Source: an uncultured Eubacteriales bacterium
GTDB taxonomy: Bacteria; Acidobacteriota; Aminicenantia; Aminicenantales; Aminicenantaceae
DNA length: 64,000 nucleotides
Reading direction: 5' to 3'
NCBI GenBank assembly: GCA_964624145.1
Contig: CAZUXT010000002.1
Location: 150,020 to 214,019 of the forward strand
The position numbers and the translations under genes are program-made. The notes beneath the pieces are model-generated. The model did no database searches, was not told where the DNA came from, and worked only from the letters and a program-made list of their open reading frames with translations. How positions within the stretch are numbered: position 1 is the first letter of the stretch; every line of letters starts with the position of its first letter. Below, one piece after another: positions 47,025 through 56,356 of this stretch.

Positions 47025-48581
47025 TTATTGATATTCGATTTCCAAGTCCTGGGCTTCGATTCCTGTGCCTTGGACTCGATAGAGATCGGCCAGTGATGTG
47101 TTGTAGTCTACAATGGCCCCCAGCTCCATAATCTGTGCGTCAGCCAGGTCCCTTTGATACTCAAGGATAAAATAATTGGTGCTCAGTCCGACTTTGAATT
47201 TTTCCTCTTCAGCTTCAAGCTTTTTTTGTGCCAGTTCGCGGGCTGCTTTGTAGGCCTGGACCCGCTGGAAATTAGTCTGGACGGCCCGGACAGCGGTCTT
47301 TACCTCAAGGAATATTTGCTGTTCCTGCTCTTTAATTTTCAGATCGGTTTGCTCTTTGTTGAGTTTTGCCTGGGCCACTAGACTGCGGGAGAAGATATTA
47401 CTTAAAGGGTAAGAAAGAGACAGGGCTACGGACCAGTTTTTGTATCTGAAATTAAAGGAATCCCGGAGAGCGTCCAACCCTCCTCCTGGGATAGTCCCGA
47501 TGATATTGCCGGTTAAGGCATTTCCGCCTTCATACAGGACTTGGCTTCCGGAAACGCCGGGGCTCCAGTAAGAGGCCTCAAGGCGGAGGTCGGGATTGAG
47601 CTGGTTTCTGGCATAACGGAGCTCAAACTGCATGTTCTGCAGCTCTATTCGGGTGGATTGAAGTTCAGGCCTGTTCTCCATGGCAAGGCTCAGGGCTTGT
47701 TCGAGGCTGTGGTCTTCTCCTATAACAGAAGGTGTATCTGTTGGGACGATCTTAACCAGAGCGGAGTTCGGGATCTCCTTTTCCAGGTTGACAATGGTTT
47801 TCAGAAGGTCTTCGTTATTTTTGATCATGGCCTCTGCTTCCAGAATATCTGCCTCTCTGGTGGCCACATCTGACTGGGCTGTAAGGATTTCAATGGGAGG
47901 AAGAGTGCCGGCGTCTATTTCAGCCTTGTTTTTTTCCAGTAGTTCCCTGGCCAGTTTTAATGACTGCTGGCGCACTTTGAGATTTTCTATACTGTAGAAA
48001 AGATTCCAATAGGCATTGATTGCCTGATAGATGGTTTCTTCCAGGGCCTGCCGGAAATTCTCTTCGGATATGTAGCTGTTGTTCTTTGCGATGATGATAT
48101 CCCTGCGGCTCATTTGAAAGCCGAAATCCTTCAGCAGCGGTTGGCTGAAAGAGAATCGAAGAGTGCTTCCATAACGGGGATTGATAGTCTGGAATCTCCG
48201 GCTCGTATCAGACATATATCCGTTGAGACTGAGCGATAATGTTCCTCCGGTTGGCACGATTTGGGTGATTTGTGTTGAATAATCATTGGAAAGTGTGGAA
48301 ACGGTTTCCGATGCATCCAGGAATGAGTAAGAGGCTGAGCTGGAATCCTGCTTGCCGTAATTCATGGTGAGAGACGGAATAAATTTTTCATTTGCGTATC
48401 TGACAGAGGCATCGGCGATTTTCGGAGTGATCCTTTGCACAGCAAGACCCAGATTATTTTGAACTGTCTTAAGGATGCATTCTTTAAGGGATAAAGAAAC
48501 AGTATCCTCTGTTTGCCCAAGCAAGAAACAAGGGATTAATAATATAAAAAATATCAAGACTCTTGTGACTTTACTTATCAT
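47025..48581 (-). CDS. TolC-family outer membrane efflux protein
   Basis: 518 aa with a signal peptide and two OEP repeats with long coiled coils. It is the first gene of the efflux operon. Confidence 0.9.
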   Translation of the reverse strand: MISKVTRVLIFFILLIPCFLLGQTEDTVSLSLKECILKTVQNNLGLAVQRITPKIADASVRYANEKFIPSLTMNYGKQDSSSASYSFLDASETVSTLSNDYSTQITQIVPTGGTLSLSLNGYMSDTSRRFQTINPRYGSTLRFSFSQPLLKDFGFQMSRRDIIIAKNNSYISEENFRQALEETIYQAINAYWNLFYSIENLKVRQQSLKLARELLEKNKAEIDAGTLPPIEILTAQSDVATREADILEAEAMIKNNEDLLKTIVNLEKEIPNSALVKIVPTDTPSVIGEDHSLEQALSLAMENRPELQSTRIELQNMQFELRYARNQLNPDLRLEASYWSPGVSGSQVLYEGGNALTGNIIGTIPGGGLDALRDSFNFRYKNWSVALSLSYPLSNIFSRSLVAQAKLNKEQTDLKIKEQEQQIFLEVKTAVRAVQTNFQRVQAYKAARELAQKKLEAEEEKFKVGLSTNYFILEYQRDLADAQIMELGAIVDYNTSLADLYRVQGTGIEAQDLEIEYQ

Positions 48582-48803
48582 TATGTCCTCCTAAAAAATT
48601 TCTTTGTATTTTGTATAAGAATTTTAGGTTAAAATGTGAATTATACACCATAGCGGGGGAAAAAATACACTAAAGTAACAATTTTCTCCAGTAATTATCA
48701 TTACCACGCTGATACATTTAAGATTAAGGTAATGACCAGAATATATTTGGTTTGGGCGGCATTCTTTAAAGGTTCGAAAATGAAGGCATGCCCAGGAACA
48801 GAT

Positions 48804-49042
48804 TTAGAATCGGATAGAGAGACAGCTCACTCCCCCGTCCATTTTTTCAAATTCTGACATGTTAAGCGCTCTTATGTTGAATCCCTCTGACTTTATTTTT
48901 TTGTACGTATCAGGAAAGCCGGCGGGCATCAGCACAGAGTCGTTTATTGAGATGCAGTTGGCTGCATAAGATTCTTGAGGGCTTACCGTGATTTTATGGA
49001 AAGCCTTAAAATAGGAGAGGCCGGATATTTCTTTTCGTATAA
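48804..49042 (-). pseudogene. Duplicated 3' fragment of the DDAH-like gene (downstream copy of a perfect 239-bp direct repeat)
   Basis: Base-for-base identical to 50361-50599. It encodes only the last ~79 aa (…KEISGLSYFKAF…DGGVSCLSIRF). The track ORF 48804-49070 has an unrelated N-terminus. Confidence 0.85.
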
Positions 49043-49120
49043 TGAATAAAAACCGCTGTAAGTACTGCAACGAAAAGATTCCCGGGGTTTTTTAGCAGGG
49101 GATTATCTCTAAAAAAGGTT

Positions 49121-49855
49121 TTACTCCTGGTCCTTTATAATAACCTCAACTTTGTCTTGAAGCAATTTTTTGAAAGTAACAGCATCTTCAATTGTTCCTT
49201 CGGCTAACCCATAGTGAATGGGAATGGCGATTTTGGCTTTGACATCCAGAGCGGCTTCAGCAGCTTCCTCTACACTGTTCATGGTGTAGGTCTGGCCCAA
49301 AGGGAGCATGGCAATATCACAGGAAAATGTTTTCATTTCCGGTATTCTTTCGGTATCACCGGCATGGTAAATTCTGACCCCGTCCAGGAGAAGTACATAC
49401 CCGACCCACTGGTAGGTTTTGGGATGGAAATCGGTTTTGACCACATTGTAGGCAGGTACGGCTTCGATAAGGATATTTTGAACATTCTGGCTTTGGCCTG
49501 GTTTCAGAGTTACCACCGTATTGTTGAATTTGGCTTTGATCTCTATCGCGCAATCCTGGGGTGCGACAAAGGTGGTTTTTTCGGTTCTTACCTTTCCAAT
49601 ATCGGGGAGAGAGAGGTGGTCCCCGTGTCCGTGGGTAACCAAAATGATATCCGCTTCATCCTTGTTTTTGATTCGAAAGGGATCAATGTAGATGACCTTT
49701 TCTCCGGTGGTTATTTTAACAGCAGACTGGCCCAGCCAGTGGATATTTTTTACCATCTCCTGAGGGGTGCTTGTTTCCACTTTATTGCTGAACAAATTCG
49801 TTGAAAAAAAGAAAAAAATCAAAAATAAGAGTAAAACAATTCCTCTGTCTTTCAT
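49121..49855 (-). CDS. Exported metallo-beta-lactamase-fold hydrolase
   Basis: 244 aa with a signal peptide and the VTHGHGDHL (HxHxDH) motif. Confidence 0.8.
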   Translation of the reverse strand: MKDRGIVLLLFLIFFFFSTNLFSNKVETSTPQEMVKNIHWLGQSAVKITTGEKVIYIDPFRIKNKDEADIILVTHGHGDHLSLPDIGKVRTEKTTFVAPQDCAIEIKAKFNNTVVTLKPGQSQNVQNILIEAVPAYNVVKTDFHPKTYQWVGYVLLLDGVRIYHAGDTERIPEMKTFSCDIAMLPLGQTYTMNSVEEAAEAALDVKAKIAIPIHYGLAEGTIEDAVTFKKLLQDKVEVIIKDQE

Positions 49856-50083
49856 GAAGATCCTCCTTGTTTATCTAATATTCTCATCACTTCCTTTAAT
49901 TGAAGAACTTTTCCTGCTTTTTCATTTACAATCCTTTTGATCTTTTGTTAGTAGTATTTACGTTTCATTTTTTAGGATTGTTTATCAATTTTACTTTTAA
50001 TGATAAGAATTTGGTTTTTTTGGTGGTGACAATTTTCCCTCCATTTCATCAAATTCCCACTCTCTAAGCGACTTCATCACCCA

Positions 50084-50275
50084 TCATATACACAAAAAAC
50101 ATCTCCATTCAACAAGAAACCCACGAAAAAGAAAGAACATCTTTCCTCTGTGGGCATTGGCATAGAGGCCGTAATAGCGGACCATAACCTGTCCTTTGTC
50201 AGGGATGTGAGGTAGCCCTGACTTTGGAGTGCACATTGAATCCCGTATGACGCCAGTGAAGAATCTTTTGGACAA
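50084..50275 (-). pseudogene. Remnant of an IS91/Y2-transposase-family gene (C-terminal fragment only)
   Basis: LPHIPDKGQVMVRYYGLYANAHRGK resembles the conserved C-terminal H.(L/I)P.(K)G...(I/V)R(Y/H)YG(L)...N motif of IS91-family transposases. No N-terminal part is present and stop codons lie upstream. Confidence 0.4.
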
Positions 50276-50360
50276 AGTTTTGATTGAATAAATTTAAAAG
50301 AGAATATTTTCTATCATTGGATGAGTTAATAAGAGAAAAGTATTTTAAAAGGAAACTCAA

Positions 50361-50599
50361 TTAGAATCGGATAGAGAGACAGCTCACTCCCCCGTCCATT
50401 TTTTCAAATTCTGACATGTTAAGCGCTCTTATGTTGAATCCCTCTGACTTTATTTTTTTGTACGTATCAGGAAAGCCGGCGGGCATCAGCACAGAGTCGT
50501 TTATTGAGATGCAGTTGGCTGCATAAGATTCTTGAGGGCTTACCGTGATTTTATGGAAAGCCTTAAAATAGGAGAGGCCGGATATTTCTTTTCGTATAA
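50361..50599. repeat. Upstream copy of the perfect 239-bp direct repeat (3' end of the intact DDAH-like gene)
   Basis: Identical to 48804-49042. Identity ends at 49042/50599 and starts at 48804/50361. Confidence 0.95.
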
Positions 50600-51122
50600 G
50601 AATCACGCCTTTATCAAGATAGTTGACCCCTGATTTGAGATGAAGCATATTTGTGACTTCTATGAACACAGAGTCATATCCGTATTTTTTAAGGATTCTG
50701 CTGAGCTGTTCTCCTCCATTCTGGTTTGTTCTTTGGGAGAGGCCGATATAATATTTATTGTTGATTTGCAGGACGTCACCACCATCCACAGTACCCGGTT
50801 TTTTTATTTCCTCTGTTCTTCTGTACCTGGAAAGCACTTCTTTTATTTTCGCTTCTTCCCCGCGCCTTCTTCTGTCTCCGGGTCTTGTGATGACCGCACA
50901 TTTTTCATTGACCACGGCGGTGTCTTCCACAAAAGTGGAATCAGGAAAGTCAGGATCTTCTTCAAGCATAATCAGTTTAACACCACAGTCTTTCAGTGCC
51001 TGACAGTAATCATTGTGCTGTTTGAGGGCCAGTCCGTAGTCAGATTTTCCAAGATCAGAGCTGGTGATCCCTTGAGAGAAATTTTCCGGAGGTATTCGGA
51101 CAAGAGCTTTTGATACAGGCAT
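50361..51122 (-). CDS. Dimethylarginine dimethylaminohydrolase / amidinotransferase-superfamily enzyme (DDAH-like)
   Basis: Starts MPVSKALVRIPPENFSQGITS at the ATG at 51122; the track start at 51209 overlaps the upstream gene. C-terminal catalytic Cys context DGGVSCLS. Confidence 0.7.
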   Translation of the reverse strand: MPVSKALVRIPPENFSQGITSSDLGKSDYGLALKQHNDYCQALKDCGVKLIMLEEDPDFPDSTFVEDTAVVNEKCAVITRPGDRRRRGEEAKIKEVLSRYRRTEEIKKPGTVDGGDVLQINNKYYIGLSQRTNQNGGEQLSRILKKYGYDSVFIEVTNMLHLKSGVNYLDKGVILIRKEISGLSYFKAFHKITVSPQESYAANCISINDSVLMPAGFPDTYKKIKSEGFNIRALNMSEFEKMDGGVSCLSIRF

Positions 51123-51135
51123 GGAGGACAAAACT

Positions 51136-51891
51136 TTATCTTCTGAGTGCGGCTTTGGTAAAAATATAATCCGGGATTTCTGCGTTGAATACCATGGAGT
51201 CCACGACAAACTCTGTTCCTTTTCCTGACTTCAGCACATCTTTAAACAGGGCATGGGTGGGCACCCAGCGGTTATCCATTTTTTCGACATTTTTCACTTC
51301 AGTGGTTTTCAGTAATTTTCCCCCCCGTGCAAACCGGTCCTCTTTCAATGTCACAAATCTTTCCTTATCCACCCATATCTTTCTGGAATGATAGGCAATA
51401 TCTTCCTTAATGGAAGTGAGTTCCAGCACCCAGCAGGGACGGTCCATATAGAGCTCTTCTCCAGTAACCTGAGCGCTGTACATATTCTGCAGTTTGGGAT
51501 CTTCCATCATGTCTTCATACGAGAGATCTGATCCCATAACAGACTGCCTGAGCATATGCCCTGAGATCTGTATGGTCCGGTCTGTGGACGGGGAATACAT
51601 CCAAAGCTGGTCACCGAGTTTGAGCATTTTGGTGCCTTTTTCTCTGGGAGGAGCCAGGTACTCGGTAAAAGACTGGTCATCTCCCTTGACCCAGGTCTTT
51701 GATGTGACTTCCCGCGATCCCCGGCGCCCGTGAATGATCATGGTCGCCACCATGATTTTATTGTCAGATCCGTAGTTCTCATCTAATTTTTCCAGGATCC
51801 ATTCTCCTTTCGGGAACTGTTCTTGACCTGTAAGACCTGCTGTCATCATTAAAATCAAAAGAAATAAAAGGATATATGTCATATGTTTCAT
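51136..51891 (-). CDS. Periplasmic LolA-like outer-membrane lipoprotein-sorting family protein
   Basis: 251 aa with a signal peptide and no lipobox Cys. The sequence pattern is like the LolA_like family (ILEKLDENY...TMIIHGRRGSRE...KIWVDKERFV). Translationally coupled to the FtsX permeases. Confidence 0.6.
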   Translation of the reverse strand: MKHMTYILLFLLILMMTAGLTGQEQFPKGEWILEKLDENYGSDNKIMVATMIIHGRRGSREVTSKTWVKGDDQSFTEYLAPPREKGTKMLKLGDQLWMYSPSTDRTIQISGHMLRQSVMGSDLSYEDMMEDPKLQNMYSAQVTGEELYMDRPCWVLELTSIKEDIAYHSRKIWVDKERFVTLKEDRFARGGKLLKTTEVKNVEKMDNRWVPTHALFKDVLKSGKGTEFVVDSMVFNAEIPDYIFTKAALRR

Positions 51892-53162
51892 GTCTCTAGC
51901 TCCTTCATCAACTGAGATGTTTTTCTCTTGTAGATGCCCAGGCCTGAAAAGAGGCTTCCCAGGAAAGTAGCTGCCAGTCCCGGAATAAACCCGATATAGT
52001 GACTGACTGCATTGACATCAGCCCGGAACGTATCAGACATCATCAAGGTGGAGTTTTGCATCATAAAAGCGATGTTGATCCCTGTTTCCTGAAGATAGTA
52101 AGAAACAAGCAGACCGAGCGCGGTTCCTATGATTGAACCTATGAAACCAATGATTAGGGATTCTGTGATCAGGGATCTGTAAAGATGACCTTTGTCTTCT
52201 CCTATAGCCAGACGAACTCCGATTTCTCCGTAGCGCCTTAGGCTTCCCATCAATCCTGCATTCCATAACACAATGGACATAACCACAATAAAAACTATGA
52301 TAATAACCTCTCCGTAAATATCAACCATCCCTAATATGTCTTCCATCCCGCTCTGTTTGAGAAGAGTGCCCGTAAAGGGAGAGAATTCATCCTCTTTATC
52401 ACTGTATTTTGAATTGAAACGTTCTGCGATTTCTTCAGCTTGTTCATTGTCATACAGGTTGGTTTTAAAGAACCCCAGCACTTCGCCGGCTGCGTTTTCC
52501 ATATTCAGCACTTGCTGGATATCGGTGATATCGGCAAGGATGGTGCTGCGGTCCATGGCAGTGACCCCGAACCGGATGGTTCCGGTAACCGTAAAGTTGG
52601 CGATGGCCATGCTTCCGTACATGGTGGCGCTTATCAAAGTGGCTGTTTCTCCCATAGATATCCCGAGCCGTTGGGCGAAATCTTCGGTAATGAGTATTTC
52701 GCCTGATTCCTCAGGGAGCCTTCCCCTGAGTATGGAATCCCGGAGGTTCAGTATGTCCTTTTCAGGGCTGTCTTCTGACAAAAGGTCGACCGCCATTCCC
52801 ATACAGGGCCCCTGAACTTTTGTTTCGCCTTTTTCATCCGGTATGTCCAGAAGGCCTCCGAATTTGACTCTGGAAGTCCATGTCAGTTCCGGAAAATCCT
52901 GTCTTAAGTTATCCAAAAGCTGATTGACCCCTATGTATGCCAGGTCATTGGGAGACTGATCTACTTCATCGGCATAAGCCCGGCTCATGACCCGGAGATG
53001 ACCTGTATTGTATTTGGCTGTGACCTCCACCCAATTGGACTGGATTCCATTTATCCAGCTGAATCCCACCACGGTTAGAAGAACACCTGCGGTCACAGTT
53101 AAAACCGGGAAAAGGCTTCTGGACCGATCTCTTAAGACTCCTTTGATGAGAAATTTTATCAT
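51888..53162 (-). CDS. ABC transporter permease, FtsX/MacB/LolCE type
   Basis: 424 aa. TM1, a large periplasmic domain, then a C-terminal 3-TM FtsX module with the GEIGVRLAIGE motif. Confidence 0.85.
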   Translation of the reverse strand: MIKFLIKGVLRDRSRSLFPVLTVTAGVLLTVVGFSWINGIQSNWVEVTAKYNTGHLRVMSRAYADEVDQSPNDLAYIGVNQLLDNLRQDFPELTWTSRVKFGGLLDIPDEKGETKVQGPCMGMAVDLLSEDSPEKDILNLRDSILRGRLPEESGEILITEDFAQRLGISMGETATLISATMYGSMAIANFTVTGTIRFGVTAMDRSTILADITDIQQVLNMENAAGEVLGFFKTNLYDNEQAEEIAERFNSKYSDKEDEFSPFTGTLLKQSGMEDILGMVDIYGEVIIIVFIVVMSIVLWNAGLMGSLRRYGEIGVRLAIGEDKGHLYRSLITESLIIGFIGSIIGTALGLLVSYYLQETGINIAFMMQNSTLMMSDTFRADVNAVSHYIGFIPGLAATFLGSLFSGLGIYKRKTSQLMKELET

Positions 53163-54331
53163 GAGGTTTTTCCTCTCAGGGCATCAGTAGGTTTGAGCTT
53201 AGCTATTTTTCTTGTGGGGAGAAAACTGACAAGAGTTGTGACCACAAGAATGAGGAGTGTGGTTCCGACAACAAGACCAGCGCTGTAGACCGGGAATATT
53301 TTTTCTCCTATGGCAAATCCATAGCTGTCCATTGATTCCGGAAGCGGCCATCCTGTTTTGGCAAACCAGGTTAAAAAAGGTATTCCGTACAAAGCCGCCA
53401 CCAGAGCAGCCAGCACTGCGTGCATGGCTCCTTCAATAGTAAAAAGCCTTATGACTTTGGCCCTGGTAAAACCCATGGCCATTAAAGTGCCGATTTCTTT
53501 TTTTCTTCGGAAAATCGATAAGATCTGAGTATCAAAGATGGCCAGCATAGCCAGAAGGAGCAGAATGACATAGAAGATCGAAGACCCTGATGTTTTGGTC
53601 TTCACAAGTTGTGTTATATCTTTAATGAGAAAATCCAGACTCTTGAATTCCCATCCGCTTGCCTTGGGTGGGTCTAAGATATTTTTATCAACGACCAGGA
53701 GGGTGGCTTCCTCTTTCATATTTGAGAGTTCCCTTAATTTTTCAAGGGGGATCCATATCTGGCCCTGGTCAATGGACTGGACAGTGGTTCTCATGACCTG
53801 GACGATAAGGGCATCCCTGGCATCAAAGGTCCCGTTTGCATCCCGCCATCTCAGTGTGACTGTGTCTCCGGCTTTAAGGCCCGTGCTCTCTGACATGCGG
53901 TTCCCGATAACAGCGGGAAGTTCTTCGGTTTCTTCTTTTAGGAAATACGAAGGAAGGGATATGATCTTCTGGTCAGGGTCGATTCCTTTTATAAGAAGGG
54001 TCGTCATTCTGCCTTCGGGATAGGCTGTGCCCTGGATGATAAGAACAGGGGTAGCCCTGCCTTTTTCAATCATGTCTGTTAACTCTTCAGGAGGTCTTCC
54101 GTGGGCGTCCTGAAGGGAGAGAGGGTCATAGGGATCGTAACTTTTGTGCCAGTACTGCCCTCCGGCATATTCCGCATCCACCAGGGAAGTCACAGCTTGA
54201 TTGTTCATTCCTTTTAAAACCCCCTGCATCCAGATGATGACCACAAAAGAAAAGGAGAGAACAACGACATTCAGCCATGTCCTGAGCCCTGCTCCTATAA
54301 GGTTTCTGAATGCCAGTTTAAACAAGGTCAT
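53159..54331 (-). CDS. ABC transporter permease, FtsX/MacB/LolCE type
   Basis: 390 aa with the same architecture and KEIGTLMAMGF motif. 4-nt overlaps on both sides. Confidence 0.85.
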   Translation of the reverse strand: MTLFKLAFRNLIGAGLRTWLNVVVLSFSFVVIIWMQGVLKGMNNQAVTSLVDAEYAGGQYWHKSYDPYDPLSLQDAHGRPPEELTDMIEKGRATPVLIIQGTAYPEGRMTTLLIKGIDPDQKIISLPSYFLKEETEELPAVIGNRMSESTGLKAGDTVTLRWRDANGTFDARDALIVQVMRTTVQSIDQGQIWIPLEKLRELSNMKEEATLLVVDKNILDPPKASGWEFKSLDFLIKDITQLVKTKTSGSSIFYVILLLLAMLAIFDTQILSIFRRKKEIGTLMAMGFTRAKVIRLFTIEGAMHAVLAALVAALYGIPFLTWFAKTGWPLPESMDSYGFAIGEKIFPVYSAGLVVGTTLLILVVTTLVSFLPTRKIAKLKPTDALRGKTS

Positions 54332-55053
54332 GGATTTTCTCCTTTCCTATGGGGAATGACCTGTTCGTCTTTGGCCACTCTTCCGTCAAAAAGGGTGATT
54401 TTGCGGCGCAGGTACCGGATGACTTTTTCATCATGTGTGGCGAATATGAAAGTCGTGTCCAGTTCTTCGTTCAATTTCACCATTGTTTCTAAAATATTGT
54501 AGGAATTTTCTGCATCCAGGTTGGCCGTGGGTTCATCCGCTAATATGATGGCTGGCTCTTTGACCACGGCCCGGGCAATGGCTACCCGCTGGCACTGGCC
54601 GCCGGAAAGTTGAGCCGGTCTTGATTTGGCCCTGTCTGCCAGTCTGACCCAATCCAGGGCCTGCATCACTTTCTTTTTCCGCTCTTCATGGGTCAGTCCC
54701 AAAAGCAGCAGGGAGACCTCCACGTTTTCATAAACATTGTATACAGGGAGAAGGTTGAATGTCTGGAAGATAAAGCCTATGTGTTTTTTCCTGAGAGCGG
54801 CTGCCTGTTTGTGTGAAAGGGAACTGATTTTCTCGCCCATGACCACAGCGTCTCCTTTTGTAGGGGTATCCAGAGAGCCCACAATATTCAAAAGCGTGGT
54901 TTTCCCTGAGCCGCTGGGGCCTACGAGGCCTGCGAATTCACCGGTTTTGAATTCAAGGCTGACATGGTCAAGCGCAACCAGCTCCTTCCATCCAACCGGA
55001 TAGATTTTGACCAAATCCTGCGTTTTAATTAAAGCTGAATTCTGCATTGGCAC
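54328..55053 (-). CDS. ABC transporter ATP-binding protein (MacB/LolD-like)
   Basis: 241 aa with Walker A GPSGSGKTT, signature LSGGQCQRVAIARA, and Walker B ILADEPT. Confidence 0.95.
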   Translation of the reverse strand: MPMQNSALIKTQDLVKIYPVGWKELVALDHVSLEFKTGEFAGLVGPSGSGKTTLLNIVGSLDTPTKGDAVVMGEKISSLSHKQAAALRKKHIGFIFQTFNLLPVYNVYENVEVSLLLLGLTHEERKKKVMQALDWVRLADRAKSRPAQLSGGQCQRVAIARAVVKEPAIILADEPTANLDAENSYNILETMVKLNEELDTTFIFATHDEKVIRYLRRKITLFDGRVAKDEQVIPHRKGENP

Positions 55054-55064
55054 CTTCCTCTCGG

Positions 55065-56207
55065 TTAATAGTTATATACTACCATAATTTGAAATCCGGT
55101 TCCTGTAAAAAGGCTGCTTTCCGTATTTGTCTGGTAAATGAGAAATTCTTCAGGATTCCAGAATCCCATGACATATATCTGCCACCTGTCATAAGTCCTC
55201 TGCCAGTTGATAAACCTGTAAAAGTCATGATTTTCCCAGTCATAATAGACTATCCCTGAAAGGGAATCCAGCAGCCCCAAAGGATAATTGAGCGAGACAG
55301 CTGAGAACTCAAGTCTCTCGCCTGAAGAGAGAAATTCAGAACTTTGTCCGAAAATAAAATGTTCTCCCACGGCGTTAAGTCCGTTTCCGATACCAAAAGT
55401 ATAATCGATCCCTAAAGTGAGCATCTGCTGCCAGGGATAAGGAAGCCAGGAAGAATTTTGTTTGAATACAGCTCCTTCAAACCACAAACCAATACCGATA
55501 TCCCATTTACCGTCCAGGGCAAAGCGGTTTTCCGGGATATTTTGTCCGTCAGTCAGAGATATTTCCGGAAGCGTTTCCTTTATATCGATGGTGCGGTGGT
55601 GAAAGGAAAACCCAAGCTCTCCTTTCCCTGCAGGGATTTGGGCTCTTCCCCCGAATTCAGCCGTTTTATCAGAGTTTGGGATAAACTCCCACCCCTTGGT
55701 GTCGTTGTTTCCGTAAAGCCCCCACAGCCAGATATTGGCATTGTTTAAAAAGTAATAGCGCAGCAGTAATCCGTAAACGCCGTCTGTGAGCATGAGAGGA
55801 TCCCTTGGGTCCATCCGGTCAAACCACATCAATGGCCGGAACATGAAGGCAGAACCAAAGTTTATTTTTTGAAGCCCCAGCCTTGCTTCAAAACGACTCG
55901 TGGAAAAACGCACCCACATTCTATAAGGCTTTATGTTACCGTCTGATTCAACATCTTTCACAGAATGAAAAGTCAGGTTCCCGTAAGCATTCAGTGAAAA
56001 TTCGGCATCCAGGGTATATCCTTTATCAGAGGAGTGTTCCATGGAAAAAGCAGGGATATACCGGAGCCCCAGAAAAGGATGGACTGCTTTTTTGGCGCTT
56101 CCTGCCAGCCAGCCCGTAATCAGCCCTTTTGACTGGATTGTCTGGGGATATGAAGCACCTGCAGTGATCAGGAGCATCAAAATGATACATGCCGGTTTCT
56201 TTTTCAT
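55065..56207 (-). CDS. Predicted outer-membrane beta-barrel protein of unknown function
   Basis: Signal peptide MKKKPACIILMLLITAGAS (ATG 56207; the track start at 56249 is possibly too early). Alternating amphipathic strands rich in G/Y/W/F, with a C-terminus ...FQIMVVYNY ending in an aromatic residue. Confidence 0.5.
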   Translation of the reverse strand: MKKKPACIILMLLITAGASYPQTIQSKGLITGWLAGSAKKAVHPFLGLRYIPAFSMEHSSDKGYTLDAEFSLNAYGNLTFHSVKDVESDGNIKPYRMWVRFSTSRFEARLGLQKINFGSAFMFRPLMWFDRMDPRDPLMLTDGVYGLLLRYYFLNNANIWLWGLYGNNDTKGWEFIPNSDKTAEFGGRAQIPAGKGELGFSFHHRTIDIKETLPEISLTDGQNIPENRFALDGKWDIGIGLWFEGAVFKQNSSWLPYPWQQMLTLGIDYTFGIGNGLNAVGEHFIFGQSSEFLSSGERLEFSAVSLNYPLGLLDSLSGIVYYDWENHDFYRFINWQRTYDRWQIYVMGFWNPEEFLIYQTNTESSLFTGTGFQIMVVYNY

Positions 56208-56356
56208 AAGAGGTTTGTATGCTCTATGCTTTGATTTTAGGTCAGACATTCTCTATGTACGTTTTTTGTTCCTCTTTTGTCAAGGCTGATTTTCGAACCA
56301 AACATGGCAAACAGGGCCGTTTCATGATATATTCATAAAGAGTAAAGGAGGTTCCT

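Noticed and set aside
48804-49070. 88-aa ORF as a functional short DDAH paralogue.
   Set aside because: Only the last ~79 codons are DDAH-derived and they are an exact copy of the intact gene's 3' end. The N-terminal 9 residues come from unrelated flanking DNA, and most of the catalytic domain is missing.
56250-56356. ZTP (pfl) or THF riboswitch in the fhs leader.
   Set aside because: The leader is about 105 nt and lacks the conserved pfl elements (GGGUCGUG-type 5' subdomain, CCGCCUGGGC-type 3' subdomain) and any obvious THF-aptamer core.
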